A stretch of 64,000 bases of DNA, taken from assembly GCA_012295275.1 (NCBI GenBank), contig CM022665.1, positions 38,564,001 to 38,628,000 on the forward strand. The letters are read 5' to 3'. A model generated the notes under the pieces. That model searched no databases. It saw only the letters and a list, made by a program, of their open reading frames with translations, and was not told the origin of the DNA. This DNA is from Chrysomallon squamiferum. Its lineage: Eukaryota > Animalia > Mollusca. A program made the position numbers and the translations under genes. Below are positions 28,607 to 49,756 of this stretch, piece after piece (within the stretch, counting starts at the first letter, position 1; each line of letters begins with the position of its first letter).

Positions 28607-29045
28607 TCCTTAAAATAATGCAAAACCGAAGAAATACATAAATATAAACATAAATTAACAACAACAGACAGATATTAGTCTCCTCTGAAATTCAGAAGCT
28701 ATTTAAAAAATAGAAGACGTTTTTTAAAAGAAAAGACATTTTTTTTTTATAGGTTTTCTTTTCTTTTTTATGAAAACCTGTACATTTACAAATACAAATA
28801 AACATCTGTAAATATTCACGTTTTCTTTCGTTTGATTAACTGATGGTAGTCCTTACTCTGATGTATATGCTATTTTGTCAGTTATTTACCTGTTTGTATT
28901 TACATAAAGCATCTCACATGGTGTTGAATTGCTGGCAGAAAGTAAATAAAAGTTCAGTTCAGTTCGTGGTCTTTGTTTAGGTGAAAAGACCGTCAACAAT
29001 ACATCACAGTAAAACGATAATAAAAGTCAAATCAAATATACACGC

Positions 29046-29084
<39 letters not shown>

Positions 29085-29165
29085 CAATAAATAAATAGAT
29101 TAAATAAATAAATAAATAAATAGATAAATTCATACATAAATAAATACATACATACATACATAAAA

Positions 29166-29204
<39 letters not shown>

Positions 29205-29373
29205 AATAGAAAATAATAGTAATAATAATAATTAAAGTAAAATAATAAATAAAAAAAAAGAGAGAAAAATGTATTACCAACAAAATTTTATTTTGTTTAC
29301 TTTTTACATGTATGCATTTGCCTGCGCTCGAATATTTACGCATTCAATATGCGTGTGTGTTTATGTATTACAT

Positions 29374-29428
<55 letters not shown>

Positions 29429-30104
29429 ACATAGTATGTACAGATGCCAAAACACATATACACCTACGTATAATCAACTTAAAGTTCCTGTGACTGTGCA
29501 CAGATAAATTAGCTGTGTGTCTGTTTGCATATTAAAGGATTTTATTGTTAGATCCTAATACATAAGTAAAGCATTTCTGTTGGAAAGTAACGTAGGTATA
29601 ATTAAATAACAACAACAACAACGACAACAGTAATAATAATAAACTGTAAATTATTTTGAAATTTTAATCAAACAGAACAATACACTTTAACTGATACAGT
29701 TAATATAAATAATTTTATAATATGATATTATAATAATAGTAATACCCGTATGAAATAATAACTCATCGAAGACACGTCAGTTCTCTGTGACTAATCTTTT
29801 TGTGCATTTCCATTCATGGATCTGTGTATATATATGTATTAAAAATGTAAAATATAATAATTATTGATACTGTTTCTGCCAGTATGTTATCTCAAAGATA
29901 AATATCATTGACATGTTATTATGATAAAACGAAAGACAAAACAAATAAATGTAGAAAGAAATAATAACAAAGAAATAATAACGGGAAAATATGCATACAG
30001 TATAATACGAATAATTAAATATATGGGCAAAAAAAAATTAATTAATATATTTAAATTAAAAGGCAAATCAACAAGAATTTGAAGATCAGCAACCTAGATA
30101 TACG

Positions 30105-30141
<37 letters not shown>

Positions 30142-30171
30142 ATAGATTAATAAATAAATGTCGATAAAACA

Positions 30172-31097
30172 TCATTCGCGAAAACAGGTAAAAGAAATTA
30201 ATCTGCACGCGTATTTCTTGTAATGTGGATTGTACAACCAAACAAGAGGAACAACACAAGACTTTAGAATCACGAATTTCTGGAGACACTGAAAACAATC
30301 ACGCAGGAATGCTCAAGACAGGTTACAGGGTAGAAATAGACTACTAGACTCATGATCGGAAGCGGAAGTACGAAAACTATGGTAAGGAGGCTGGCGAGAA
30401 CAACATCCCGGTCATTTATGGATTGCTGTTCTCCTTCAAGGTTGTTGTCGTTGTCGACAATTTCACCTTTGTTCATAATGTTCTTCGAGATAATGAAAAT
30501 GATTGTGGCTATGAGTACAAATATTGGCAAAAGGTCAGAGAACACTAACAAAGCAATATTATGCACACTCTTTATATAAAACATGCATCTCTCCTTCACC
30601 TCCAGTGGAAGACTTAGAGGTTCAATACCATCTTGAAAAACTGGTGCAAGTATTACCAGACTGTAAACTATGGAAAACAGAATCATCAGAACAGCGGCAA
30701 CTTTGGCTTTGTTACCAAGCTTGTTGGCGAGGATGATGACAATGTTCAGAGATGTTAAGACCCAAATGAACGACGATCTCTGAAATGTGCTCTGTATAAA
30801 CATCAGAACGTACTGACTTGCACACGACAGTCGCCAGTTAATTTGAAACAGAGTTAGAACGTGAAATGGCAATACGACGGCGCCGATGATCAGATCCAAG
30901 ACAGCTAGAGTGATGACGATAATGTATTTCGGCGGCAGCTTCTGCGGTTTTCTTGACATGACGGTTGCAATGGCTCCGAGGTTGAACAGCACGATCAGGA
31001 TTGCCAGGCCAATTGTAACTGATATTTCTATGATTTTCATGGATGTGATAACCTCTTCTTCATAAGAGGAAATGAAAGTAGAGTTTAACACGAAGTC
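30172..31097 (-). CDS. Divergent rhodopsin-class 7TM GPCR (paralog A); main coding exon with an apparent 1-nt deletion near 30290; first exon unresolved
   Basis: Acceptor tttcag|GAC. TM1 ILIVLFN, TM2 LAVLDLIIGAVVLPF, ECL1 W and Cys. After the frameshift the reading continues CLQKFVILKSCVVPLVWLYNPHYKKYACRLISFTCFRE*, matching TM7/helix 8 of paralog B. Confidence 0.8.
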
Positions 31098-32255
31098 CTG
31101 AAACGATAAAATGAGGTTGAAAAACATTACAATTATTTCAGAAACATGGGCGAAGAGTTATTTTAATTAACTATGTAATCAACAGTTCTAATATAAGGCT
31201 TTGAAGTGTTATACCTTTTTCATATTTCGTACACAAAATGAACGAGGAAAGTGGCCACAGCACGCGATGCAACTTTATGTTCAGTATTAAATACAGCCTC
31301 TCACAGGCTGAAAACCTTCCACCATTGGTAATGTAATGCATGAACACAAACAGGAACGGGAAAAACATAGGTTTTCTATGTTCAAATTAGCCTTCGTTAG
31401 TATTGTAGGATATTTATTAAAGATTTGTACGTCAAACAAGGTTTTGTTTTAATGATAATTAAACAACAGTTAGGAAAGTTTAAAAATTTTTTTTTAAATT
31501 ATGTCAACATTCATATATAATCTTTCGTACATTTTTGTGAATAACATTCCATTTAATCTCTGTACTGCGGTCAGCAGTTCTCGATCTTTCACGTTTTGTT
31601 TGAGCTTAGTTTCAGACTGTAAATTTACTGACATAAAAAGTCCTTGGGTTATATTACACTGCTGTTTTAATGACATTCGTTTATTATGTGGGATGCGATA
31701 GTTTTAATGTACTGCTTTGATTTATGCTGTTGTTGTGACTGACAAACGTTTACTAATTTATTTTACACTACTGTTTTAATGATGCGCGGGTAGGGCGCCA
31801 ATGCGTTTTCAGCTGCAGCATGTATTGCGTGAGTTCTGTTTTATATTACATAATTAAAAATCTTTAATTATCTGGATCACCGTCCAGTTAATTCTTTCTC
31901 TCAAATGACAAAGCTTAAACAAAAAAACAAAAAACAATAAAAATCCTCCTTCCTCCCTAAAAATCCCCCAAAAAAGCAATAACAAACCACCACCACCCGC
32001 ACTACCACCCAAAAAAGAAGAATCACTCCAAAACCAACAACAAACCCCAGAACAAAACAAAACACCCAGTCCTAATATGTACGTGTGCTTGCTGTGTTCA
32101 AAACCTATTAATGAAATTCAGAAATGTGGATGTTATAACGAAAAAATAACAAATGACAAAGCAAGCAAAATGAAATTTATTTAGCATATTTTGTACATAA
32201 ATATTGAATCTTGTGTCTGTATTATCCTTAATAAAAATAACAAGACAAGAGAGAT

Positions 32256-32375
<120 letters not shown>

Positions 32376-32675
32376 ACTAAATCATGTAAATTAAATAAAA
32401 GGAATATAAGAAAAACAAAGTACAAAAAATGAGTAACTGAACAAATAAAATCCAGAAACAATATGCTTCTGTACATACACACACGTAAACACACACTCTC
32501 TCTGTCACTCACTCTCACACACACAAACACACACATATACACACACGTACAAGCACACACGTGGATCGCACTACAACTAATTTATATACATATACACACA
32601 GGTACTACGTACACACAAAAATCCAGCAATTAAAACGTACCATCACATTTCAAAATTCTAATAATAATACTGATC

Positions 32676-32712
<37 letters not shown>

Positions 32713-32758
32713 TAAAAATAATAATAATAATAATAAACAAAATGTTTTCTTTGTATTT

Positions 32759-34465
<1,707 letters not shown>

Positions 34466-34792
34466 CTAAAAATAAAATAAAAGACAATTAATTAATAATT
34501 AAAATAAAGCAGAACATATTTATTTCCAAGTAAGTTTTCTTTTGCAACAAGTAGGTTGCATGCAAACACAAAAACACAAACACATATATATATATATATA
34601 TATATACTCCCACTTAAATTAAACTCTTAAGTAAGCATTAAATTCCTCCATGGAATAAAGTTTAATTATATCAGCTTATTTGATTTATTTGTAGAGCAAA
34701 ATTCACGATTTTATTATGCTTTAAGAGCTTTTTAGTTTTTCTCATTAATGGGCACATTTGATCACAAAAATATTTGCAGGCACTTCTAGAAT

Positions 34793-34833
<41 letters not shown>

Positions 34834-36446
34834 ATAATAAATTTAAAAAATAAAATAAACTAAATATATAAATAAATAAAAATCTTTTACAGACATGAAG
34901 AATTTATTTTGTCAGCGTCAAAAAAGAAAGAAAAAAGACTAGAAAATGCACATAGAAGTCACAAACACACGCCCACGCACACTCACACACGCACACAAAC
35001 AACACACACACACACACACACATGCTCGCACACACAGACACATATATAAACAAATTACCTGTAAGTGATTTAGTCTTTGCCCCTCTATTTTCTTCTTTTT
35101 AAATGAAACAAATCGCAACTGTTTGTTTTTCACAGCAAAGAGAGAATAGCGTCTTTGCGCATACGTTTACTGCGCTAGAAATAAAAGGACATATATGGCT
35201 CTCTGGATGATTTGCGTAATTATTTTCTCGTTGACTAAAGGCTAGGTGCTGAAGTAAATTTGCAGAGCGATAATTATTAATAATGTTTGTCCGTGACATT
35301 TTAACCGTATTTGTATCCATGTTTACCGGGGAATTTCGGAAACTATAGCAAAACAACTCCGTTCATTCCGTTCTGAAAATGTCAACGTAAACCGTAGTTT
35401 TAAATTTTCATAGTAATATCTGACCTTCGTTTGAGTATAGATTGTCATTATAATGTTCTCTTTAGATATTCAAGCTGGCTACTGAAATAATTTTGACTGC
35501 AGAAGTAGCAAGAGGAATAATACATGCTAAAAACATCAGTAGTAATATTATTAGTAGTGGTAGTAATATTAGTAGTAGTGCTTTTGAGCACTTTATCATT
35601 TTTTTTTTTTTTTTTTTTTGGCCTGTTATTCAAGCAGGGTGAATATCAGTTTCTTTCAGTTCTTTATTTACACTGCATGAATGCATTTATCATGTATGTA
35701 ACACACACAGTGCGTTTTAAATTTTAGAAAATAATAAATAAACACACACAATAGCCTTCATTAGGTTATAATGAACATATTTAGACTATTTGTTCAACAC
35801 TGCCAATTATATTTTGCTTATTTTATACAACTTTTGATATTTCAACTCATCATTAAATTTTTTCAAATTTAAAAATGTCCTCCTTTTTGAATAACGGAAA
35901 TGTCCACCCTGTGTTCTAGTAATAGAAGTAGCCGTATAAGAAAGTTGTAGCAGTAGCAGCAGTTGTAGTTTTGTAGTTTAGTGGCTGTAGTAGTAATCCC
36001 AAACTGATTCACGAAAATAAGCATCGGCCACCTACAAAGACACACGTACACACACACACACATACATACAGTTACACAGATCAAAACAGTACTGACTGTT
36101 TTAAAACACACATGTAGCTGATATTTCTTTGAAGTAGGATATTGTTCTGTTCTTTTAAAATATTATAAGATTTTTTATTTTTTATTTTTTTTTAATGATA
36201 GATACTGAAGGTATTTCATGTAGTTGGAGGCATATATATAAGGGAAGTAACTCTTTTGAATGTTGATCGATTGCAGAGTTACTGGTAGTGGGGAAAAAAA
36301 AGGAATCGCATGTTTATCTTTGTTACGCATTTTTTAAAAGAGGTTTTCACTGATCAAATCCATTAAATATAATTATCTTAATTTTGTTTTGTTATTATAA
36401 TCACTGGAAAGATATGCACAAACAGCCTGAGACAAAATATGTATAT

Positions 36447-36489
<43 letters not shown>

Positions 36490-37979
36490 AACACTCAGAT
36501 GCATTCCAAAACACACACATATACACATCCACACACACACACACACACACGTATATATATATAAACTTTTAAACACATGTACATACAGAAAACACATGCA
36601 AAGAAATGCACAACACTGACATACACATTCATGCAAATGTATATTTAATAAATTTATTATAAATGAAAATTTCGTATTATATTTGTATTGTAACATTTCT
36701 GATGCACACACACATTCACACAGACACACGCAAACTCCTAATTGTACGGTTTTGATCCCCAGATCTGGATCCATTGGCCTTTCCATCCATTAAGAGAGCG
36801 CACTGTATCATGTCGACAGGCAAACACTACGTAACTGGACAGCACTACGTACATGTAGAACTTTTTATTGATTAAGGAAGACACGGACACGATCATCTAC
36901 ACTGACTTACACTGTACAACGCAGTAGAAAGGAGTTATATTCAAGACGTGTGAAATATTTATCTGGTTCACAGGCTGCCCGATAACAAAGAAACGGCCGA
37001 TACGAGAATGTCCAAGCTCGCATATGCCTACAGTCACGCAAACATGCAAGAACGTTCGTATCTACGTATATGAAAAAACATTTGTGTCTATGTTTGTGTG
37101 CATATATATACGAATGTATGTATGTACGTTTGTGTGTGTGTGTGTGTTTGTATGTATGTATGTATGTATGTGTGTGTGTGTGTGTGTGTTTATGTATGTA
37201 TATATATGTGTGTGTGTTTGTGTGTGTGTGTTTATGTGTGTGTGTGTGTGTGTGTGGTTGTGTGTGTGTTTATGTTTATGTATTTATGTATGTACATATG
37301 TATATGGGTGCTTGTGTGTGTGTGTGTTTGCATGCATGCACGTAAAAGCACACTGGCTCACCGTAATACGGGTAGCATAACAGGCAGACAATATCTATAA
37401 CATTACATACTGTAACAGATACTACCAACATATGCTTATGATCAACATAATTATAATCACGTACAAACTGAACAACACTTCTGTGACAAATTCTGTGTAA
37501 AAATTTATAATATTAATAACGCGTCGTGCTAAACTTTTCACAAACGGACTTTCAGAATTTTTTTTCTTTTTTTCTTTTCTCGCACCAAAACCAAAACTCA
37601 TTTACGAAAAGTGTTCTGACATTGGTCTAATGTGTGATGTTCGCGCGTCTCTTTCACGAGCCATGTTTTCAGTTAATTAGTGATAGCTAGATGTGAATGT
37701 TGACCGGAAAGATGCATGATGAGATCAGAGTTCCTGGTTTGTTCCACGTATAGATTTGCATCTTCACTAAGCCTCCAGATCCTCATTCGATTGTTAATGC
37801 CTGAGTGCTTGCGATTTTGTCTGTCTTTCTGTCGATGTGTATGCTTGTGTTTATGTAGAGCGAGTATCAGACTGGTAATATTATATTATCTTTTGAGCTA
37901 CGGTCATACTGATAAGATATACGTGGTGTGTGTATGTAGATAGATGGATAGATATATTGATAGAACAGACACACACACA

Positions 37980-38067
<88 letters not shown>

Positions 38068-39613
38068 TACACATACACATATATACACAGTGTCTTTTAA
38101 GATAAAAACAGCATGCAATATAATCGTCTTGCGTGTGATTAGTTTGAGTTATAGAGAGAAGGAAAGACAGAGAGTATATATATATATATATATAACTGAT
38201 ATCATTTACAATAACATTCAGTCCAGAACTAACCCAAGCCTTCATCCGAATTGAACTCACTTACGTCCAGTTGCAAACTATAACGGTTCTCAACTTTTGT
38301 TACACGAATATTTTATAATTATTTGACTGTGTATCTATCAGCGTTAACCATTAATAGATAGCGGTGATTATCAGCCCTTTCAAATAGATAAAGACTGAAT
38401 TTAGCATTCGTGTTTCAGTGACACTAATTTACAAAAGCTAATAAAAAGCTATGCTGATCAAAATAATTTACGGACAACATTTTTATTTTGTAATTAAAAT
38501 GCTGTTGCTGCTGCTGTTGCTGCTGCTGCTGCTACTACTTCTACTGCTACAACTACTATTACCTCTACTGTTACTACTACTACTACTACTAATATATTTT
38601 TTTTAAATGGTTACTATTAATTCTAACTATGCAGGTTGAGTTAATCATTTATAAAATAGATCGGTGACGCAATTTATAATTTAGAACAGAAGAGAATAGA
38701 ATAAAATATTATAAATCCGTTAAATTAAGTAACTTAAATTTGTGTGAGTATTATGACTTGTGAGTAAAAAACAAACAAACAAACAAACAAACAAAAATTA
38801 CACGCATGCTCACATACACACAGAAACACACGTAAACAAATATCTTTAAAGTATTATATGCTAACAGCCATAGAAAACGCAGCATTAATTCAAATGCCAT
38901 TAAATCAGTGAAAGTATCAAGCAAATTCTATTCTGATACCTCAGGATATAAACATTCGTTAAACAGAATTAAAATCATAATTTCAGATTCTTTCTAATGT
39001 ACATTTATAATCTAACGTGCACCATTGTTTTGTTTTTATTATATTTATGAAACAACATTCGTACAGAAGCTCAGTTACCTTTCGCATAATTTTTCCAGCT
39101 GTTTCGAAAATTTAGTAAAACAAAACCTTCTCTTTCATTCTGTTCGACATTGTATTTGTTTAATTTAATATTAGATTTCGGATCTATCAAACAGCTGGCG
39201 CCGCTAAAATAAAAGCTTTAGACAAACAACGTGTGTTTAATTTAATGTTAGAGTTTATACAGTTAACAACTAAAATAACTGATGATTTAACTCAACCTGC
39301 GTCTTTCTTTCCCCCTAATCGGAAGGTGGACTGTTGTAATGTTTAAAATGCCAGACAATCGTTTCAGCTTTGATTAAAAACAAGGAATTTTGTATTTTTA
39401 TTGATGATACCCTTCTGAATATTTTAAATTGCTTAGTCACGACAACCGTTTTGTTTTCTCCGTTATAATGTATCTGCCAATCATAAAGTTTGACACATAT
39501 ATTTAAAACACATAATTATGTTTTGATGGTTTATGCATAATATATGTAGAAATTCATTAAATAATAAAACCTTGACGACTATGACGAAAATAACAGCAGC
39601 GACAATAATAATA

Positions 39614-39684
<71 letters not shown>

Positions 39685-40275
39685 TACCTCAACAAAGTTA
39701 ACAGTTGCAACCATTAAACACAAACAATAATAACAATAGCAGCAGAACCAACAACAACTGTTGTAGAAATAACGAAAACAACGGCGCCATCTTGAATAAT
39801 AATAATAATCTTAGTGCTACAATTATGAGATACAACGGAACTTATACTGAAATTATAGATCCCTGGAAATTCTACCTTTTTTTTTTATTAGATGCTAATG
39901 TACAGAAGTCCTGAAGATTTTAAACAAAAATTAATTATATAACCAATAATAAAAAAATAAAAAAAAGGTAGATTATAAATATTGTGAAACAGTAGATCGG
40001 TATCATGCAAATATTTTCTTTTCACTTTCTTCTTTCTTCTATTTTTCCTTCTGTCTCTCTTCTGCTTTCGTTTTCATTTTCCTTTGCTTTTCGGGAAGAG
40101 TAATAAATTTAAAATATTTTTGTCAGTCTTTGGTTAGACAGCCAGAACATTAATCTAAAAAATAATATTTGAAATAAAAATAAATTAAATAAATTAATAT
40201 AAAATAAAATAAAATAAAATAAAAAATAAAAATAAAATATTATAAAATAAAAATAAAATAAAAATTGTTGTTGTA

Positions 40276-40308
<33 letters not shown>

Positions 40309-40561
40309 GCTGATGTTGTTGCTTCTGTCGTTAATTTTGCAGCAACGAAGATCATCTCTCTATAGCTGAACAACCGTAATCACAGAACAACGATAACATT
40401 TCTCAAACTTCCGAATCATCATCTCGTCGGTTTACCGAGGAATCCTTAAATTATTTCGCTCAGTGTACGCACACTGATCCCAGTCACTGGGGAATAGGTG
40501 TAAATTAGATTGCCAAGACATATACTCGCAGTTACAGCACATTGCCTGGCAGTTGTAATCC

Positions 40562-43829
<3,268 letters not shown>

Positions 43830-44864
43830 TATAAACTTAAAAATATTTTAAAGACAAAAGACCACCTTACCAACATAAACGATCGTCAAGCCTGTCTTCC
43901 GCTTTCAGTTATGTCGTTGACATTATCAACTATGCAGTAACTAAAATTTAGTACAAGTAATCAGGAGAAGGAACAAAAAAGAAAAAAAAGAAGAAGAAAT
44001 AAATAGGTAAAGTAGTGATAATAATAGTAAGAATCATCATCATCATCATCGTCATCATCACTGATGAAACAGAATGCTTTATTAACGAGGAATTCGAAAG
44101 TGGAATAAATTTTCATAATTTTCTCTCAACCCTCTAATTTCTGTCAGAACCTGGATGGACGCTTTATGCTATTGTCAAAGTTAATGTCAAAATAACATCA
44201 TTGGAAAAATCAAAGAAGGTGTGCTTGAAACGCAAACAGACGTTCTTATAGTAAAGGAACTGCTTGACGAATATTTTACTATTATTAGTATGAACAGAAA
44301 AATACAACTTTAATATTCATTGTTTTGAAGTAATAGCCAACATTTTTGTGCGGTATCATGGATATACTTTTGCGTATTATTTTGTTTGCTTCACTTCTTG
44401 TAATATTTCATTCCATTATGGCTTTGTAATTCCTTATTAACTTTGACATATCTATTTTAAATATTTTATTGCACTAGCAACACTGTAGATTACTATTTAG
44501 ACATTTTGTTTCACTTACTATATCACTTAACTTCTTATACAGTTCATTTGATCCACTATGTGGATAGGATCTGATTTTAATTACATTTTAAAAACACTAC
44601 TGATGTGTTGTTTTCTATAACTTTAACTATTTCATGTAATGGTTCGAACATTACAGGCTAGGTACATTTTTGTTATGCTTCCAAATGAATGTTTTGTTTT
44701 TGAAATGGAGACCAGCATTTATCAATAATAAAGTCGTAGAGTAAAAAATTTAAGTGAACGACGATGTGTAGGGATCGCCATGTTCTTTTTTGTCGTGTGT
44801 TTCTGTGGCGTTATATCATAAAAAAAAAAAAAAATAATAATAAAAAAAAAATAAATAAAAAATG

Positions 44865-44925
44865 GGATGAATGAATGAATGAATGAATGAATGAATAAAT
44901 AAATAAATAATAATAGTAATAGTAC

Positions 44926-44974
<49 letters not shown>

Positions 44975-45270
44975 TGTTGTTGTTTTAATAGAAATAGTAG
45001 TAACCAATAATAATAACAAATAACCAGTAATGAGTGTAGTAATAGTAAGTAATGATAATGATGATGACGATAATAATAATAATAATAGTAGTAGTAGTAG
45101 TAGTAGAAGTAGTAGTAGTTGTTGTTATTATTGTTGTTGTAATAGAAGTAGTAGTAACCAGTATTAAAAAATAACCAGTAATAATTGTAGTAGTAATAAC
45201 AATTACAATAACAATAACAACAACACCAATCGTAATAACAGTAATAATAATAATTACAGTTGTTGTTGTT
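44865..45270. repeat. Low-complexity (GAAT)n/(TAG)n/(AAT)n compound repeat
   Basis: Seen directly; it explains the long poly-Y/T/L spurious ORFs. Confidence 0.9.
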
Positions 45271-45819
45271 GCTCCTGTTTTTTTTATTTGAATAATTTGA
45301 ATTAATAGCTGTAGTATTAATAGTAACAACAATCATCCACAGACGCTGTAGTGGTAACAATACAATCATTTCTAGATGTCAGACATAATTTGAGTATTAC
45401 TTGAAGCTAACTGTAAAAACATCTGGTTTTTTATACATCAATTGACCTTTGTCTCAGTACTCGTCTATCACCACTGTGCTGTGGTCAGGGCGGTGCCAGA
45501 TGTCATCGCCTGTGAGGGGTGGGGGTGGGGGTACAGAGGGAGCGTGCTGCAGTATGAACACCTCTTTGCAGACTGCTTGATTTGTCAAACTGCCTGTAAC
45601 ACGCATGTAGCGCGGTTATGTAACTGCGTTTATGATTTAATTAAATATATGTACTAATACTTCGAATGTAGGAGTAGGTTTGTGTGCGTGCGTGTGCGTG
45701 TATTGTATTCACATGTATGAATTTCTTTGGTCTTATTAAGACTTACATTAATTTTGATCTTAGATTATTTTGGAATGATAATCACTATTTCAGTATTTTT
45801 GTTTTATTTATAATATATA

Positions 45820-45876
<57 letters not shown>

Positions 45877-46686
45877 ACGTGATTCTGTACATGTATGTAG
45901 GTCCATAATCTGCAATACTTTGTGTCTCAGTTAAAAATATGTCAACAATTATCGCCGTCTTCAAACAGTGTACTTTGAACTGCAGACAGTACTGATGTGT
46001 GGACTGTTATTTATTTATCACCGCAGTTGTATTTTGATCGGCAGAATCATTCTGAATCAAGAAAAGCAAGTAGTTTATCGGTGGCGAGTCTAACATGGCT
46101 CTTTGCTAATACATAAGTCGTAAAAACATTGCTCAGTAAGTAGTGGTTGTTACAATATTAAGAGGTGTATAATTATAAAATTACAAGTGACACACATGGA
46201 TAAAATAAAACGTATTACATAGATATACACACGAACACACTAATGTAAACATACACAAATATACACACATACACATAGATACATACATACATATACAAAG
46301 AAAACACACACACACAGACATAAACACATACACTTTATTTTACAAATTAGCACGTATACTTTATTATATTTTTCAAGAAATTACGTTGTTATGACGTCAT
46401 TTCGTACAGAGAAACTTAAAACAAACACTTGACAGACTGAAAACGTTTAAAAAAATAGACGAACTTAATTTAAGCAATGTTTCCTTACAAACAGCACTAT
46501 AACAAGACTTTCAGCAGCAACAACGACAACAACACCATTACCATCACCAAGAACTACTCCGCAACCATTTACACTACCACTGAACAAAGTACAACGACGA
46601 TCCCAGCCTACAACAACGATATCATTACTGATAACAGTACGAGAATAACAGTGACAGTAACAGTAACAACAATAGTAACCATAAAA

Positions 46687-46721
<35 letters not shown>

Positions 46722-47045
46722 TAAATTATATTCTAATGAATAAAGATAATAAAACCCCACCCCACTGTAAACCTTTGATCCTCCCTGGCAATTCGACATC
46801 TTTGTTCATCGTGAATTACTATTGCACAACTTAGAGGTTACGTACGGTTAAATAACATTACGCGATTTAAATGGATCGATTCGACAGCCTGATAAAAGAA
46901 ACGTCAGGTAACAACCTTTGCTGTGTCTTACAAGCTTGGCGACAGGCTACTATAGCAGGCTATACTTATAGTTTAACAGATCGGGTACCCAAAATACTAA
47001 ACGGTGTGTGTCCTTGCTGTATAGATAACCGGACGGTGGAGGTGC

Positions 47046-48172
47046 ATGACTACAACAAAGAACTTTGGACTAGACGCTGTGATAGTAAGAGAGTAAGTAC
47101 TCTATACATGTACTATGTTATAATATTATTATAAAAGAAAACAGAACAGAAATGTTGCTGAGAATAAGAATAATACTAGTAGTAATAATTTTATTTACGG
47201 AACATCGACAACTTTCGTGCACGAGTGTTGATAACTCTGACCCGTTCAGAAATGTACTGATCCGGGTCTGTTGCACATGTAATCTTAGACAAAGTGCAGT
47301 GGGATTAAACTCCACCAGACAAAACCCCCACCGGGAAAAATCCCCAGTCAGTAATAATACTAATATGAATTTCTGGTCAAAATCCCACTTGTGAGATTTT
47401 TTTTTTTTATTTTTTTCCAGAGGATAAAATATAATTTTGTAAATCTTGTTTTATTAAATCTATGCATTTGGTGCCGTTGACTGATTAATTAATGAACAAA
47501 CAGCCTAAATATGTAACAGATTTTGCATACTTATGTAAATGAAAATAATTCTAATTCTAACCTGTTAAATGATCAACAGGTCGAAAGTAACTTATTTACA
47601 CAAGAAAACACAACACTGAAACCAAAACCTTTGCATGGATTTTCTCCCCGAACGGGTATAAAACATAATAGTTAACACCCGATTGAATAAATGTTTTATC
47701 AATTGCTCCAAGTAACAAAACCCGCCAGATCACGTTTTCATGGGCGGATTATACGCCTAATTGCAGGAGTTTGGTCTCATTTGGGAGATTGGTTGAAGAA
47801 AGAAAGAACAAATAGCAACGCGTTGTTATTTCTGACAGTTATTATAAATAAGTTTCTTTTAAAATAAATAAATAAATAAAAAAAAAAAATCGATGCTACC
47901 AATAATAAAATAAATAATTAATAAATTAAACAGGATAAAAAGAATATATATATGGCTGAAATTTTTATAAAAGATGAAATAAATAAAGAAAGAAAGTTAG
48001 AAAAGAAAAGAAAAAAGAGGAAAACCAAAATTTTAAAAAGGCGTCTGTACCCCAAGAGTTATTTTTGACTTGAGCATCAAGGGATCTTTTATAAGCCTTT
48101 TCAAAAAAAAAAAAAAAAAAAAAAGAAAGAAAGAAAAAAAAAAAAAAAAGAAAGAAACAACTCAACATCGCC

Positions 48173-48232
<60 letters not shown>

Positions 48233-48936
48233 TTTCCTCTTATTTCAGAAAAAAAAAGATGGCTGCCACACTGAAGGACCTGATGCTCGTTCCTTTCTAC
48301 GTCACCGCCTGTCTTTATTTCTTACTCGTACAACCTTTGGTCAGACACCCTGACCAGTCCGTCTTCTCGGCTTTTTTCAAAGTGTTACCCATCTGGTCTT
48401 TAGCCTTCTTCGTGTACAGCAAAAACCTCGCCAGTGGAACCAACGAAAACGTCTACCCTTCGGCGATTTTCGTCGGGCTTCTCATATCCAGCATCGGCGA
48501 CGTTTTCATAGTCTGGCATGAGACACTTTTCAACCTGGGGGTAGTCGTGTTTGCCACCGCCCATTTACTCTACACCGTCGGGACGATGTCTAGATGCAAA
48601 AGCGGCAACAGCTCGAAGAAGTTACTTTATTTTTTGATCGTCTGCGCCTTCCTTTTGCTCGTCACGGGTCACATAGACCAGTACAGCGATAAAGTCATGT
48701 GTGTTGTTTACTTCTCGTTAATCGGATATCTTGCCTGGTTGACGTCACTTCAACACGAAAACGAGAACTCTGACTCTTCGTACTATGCCATGGTGGGGAT
48801 GTGCGTCTTCCTCTTCTCCGACTTCGTCATCACCATAGACAGGGTGTCGTTGTCGTTGCCGTTTTCAGAAATGATCGCAATGATTACGTATTATGCTGCC
48901 CAGTGCTGCCTTGCCTTGAGCACAGTAAATAAATAA
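47046..48936 (+). CDS. Lysoplasmalogenase-like TMEM86/YhhN family membrane protein (paralog 2). Main exon 48249-48936; putative first exon 47046-47092
   Basis: Motifs FKVLPIWSL, GLLISSIGDVF, FATAHLLY, GMCVFLFSDFVITIDR, MITYYAAQCCLA. The upstream exon MTTTKNFGLDAVIVR ends GA|gtaagt in phase 2, matching tttcag|A at 48249. ATG 48259 is the alternative start. Confidence 0.9.
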
Positions 48937-49690
48937 GATATATATTTTTTTTTAAAAATAACACAGTAACGTATCTTTGACTTGCTGTCGTGGTTTTTAG
49001 TGCTGGTTTTTTGCTCTCGGGACTGTAAATAACTGAGATACGTGCATTAAAATAACAATGTGTGATGATACGATTTCAGTGGATTGGATAATCCGAGCAT
49101 TTAATAATGCTGCAAAGCCAAAACGCCACCATCGCTGTATGTTTACAAATATAAATGTCACCAGAGTCTTTGTAGTTTTTATTTGATTATATGAAACAGC
49201 ACATAGTATTGCCAGACATCTCAAACGATTTTGGATTTGCACCTGTGGATGTAATGCAGCTATTTTTAGTTTTCTATGAAAACATTCTGTTTTGCTTGAC
49301 TTAGCCAGATTTATATAGAATTTTAAAATTTTATTTTTATTATTGTTATGTAAAAAAATATTCTTGTACGACAATATATATATATTGTATTTTGTATATT
49401 GCAGATAATGCCATGTGGTTTTTAACTGACATTTTATAGTTTTTAAAAAGAGTATGTTTAGTTAAAAACAAGCTGAGATGTAAATAAAGTAATCATTTGT
49501 ATAATATGTATATTGCAGATAAAAACGTTTTTATAAAATTTAAATAGCCTTCCAATTTATTATTGACGTTAATTTTCAGTTGGTTAATAACAAAACTCTA
49601 TAAAACCTGAGTCTCCAGGAAATTGCTTCACTTTTATTCGGTTATGCGATGTGATTCTGAAATCTGAACGTAGTAGTAGTAGTAGTAGTA

Positions 49691-49756
<66 letters not shown>

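Noticed and set aside
37024-37400. Cys/Val-rich ORFs resembling metallothionein-like peptides
   Set aside because: (GT)n/(GTAT)n repeat open in all three frames.
44722-45369. 215-aa and overlapping ORFs rich in Y/N/L/T
   Set aside because: Translations of trinucleotide microsatellites; no coding signal.
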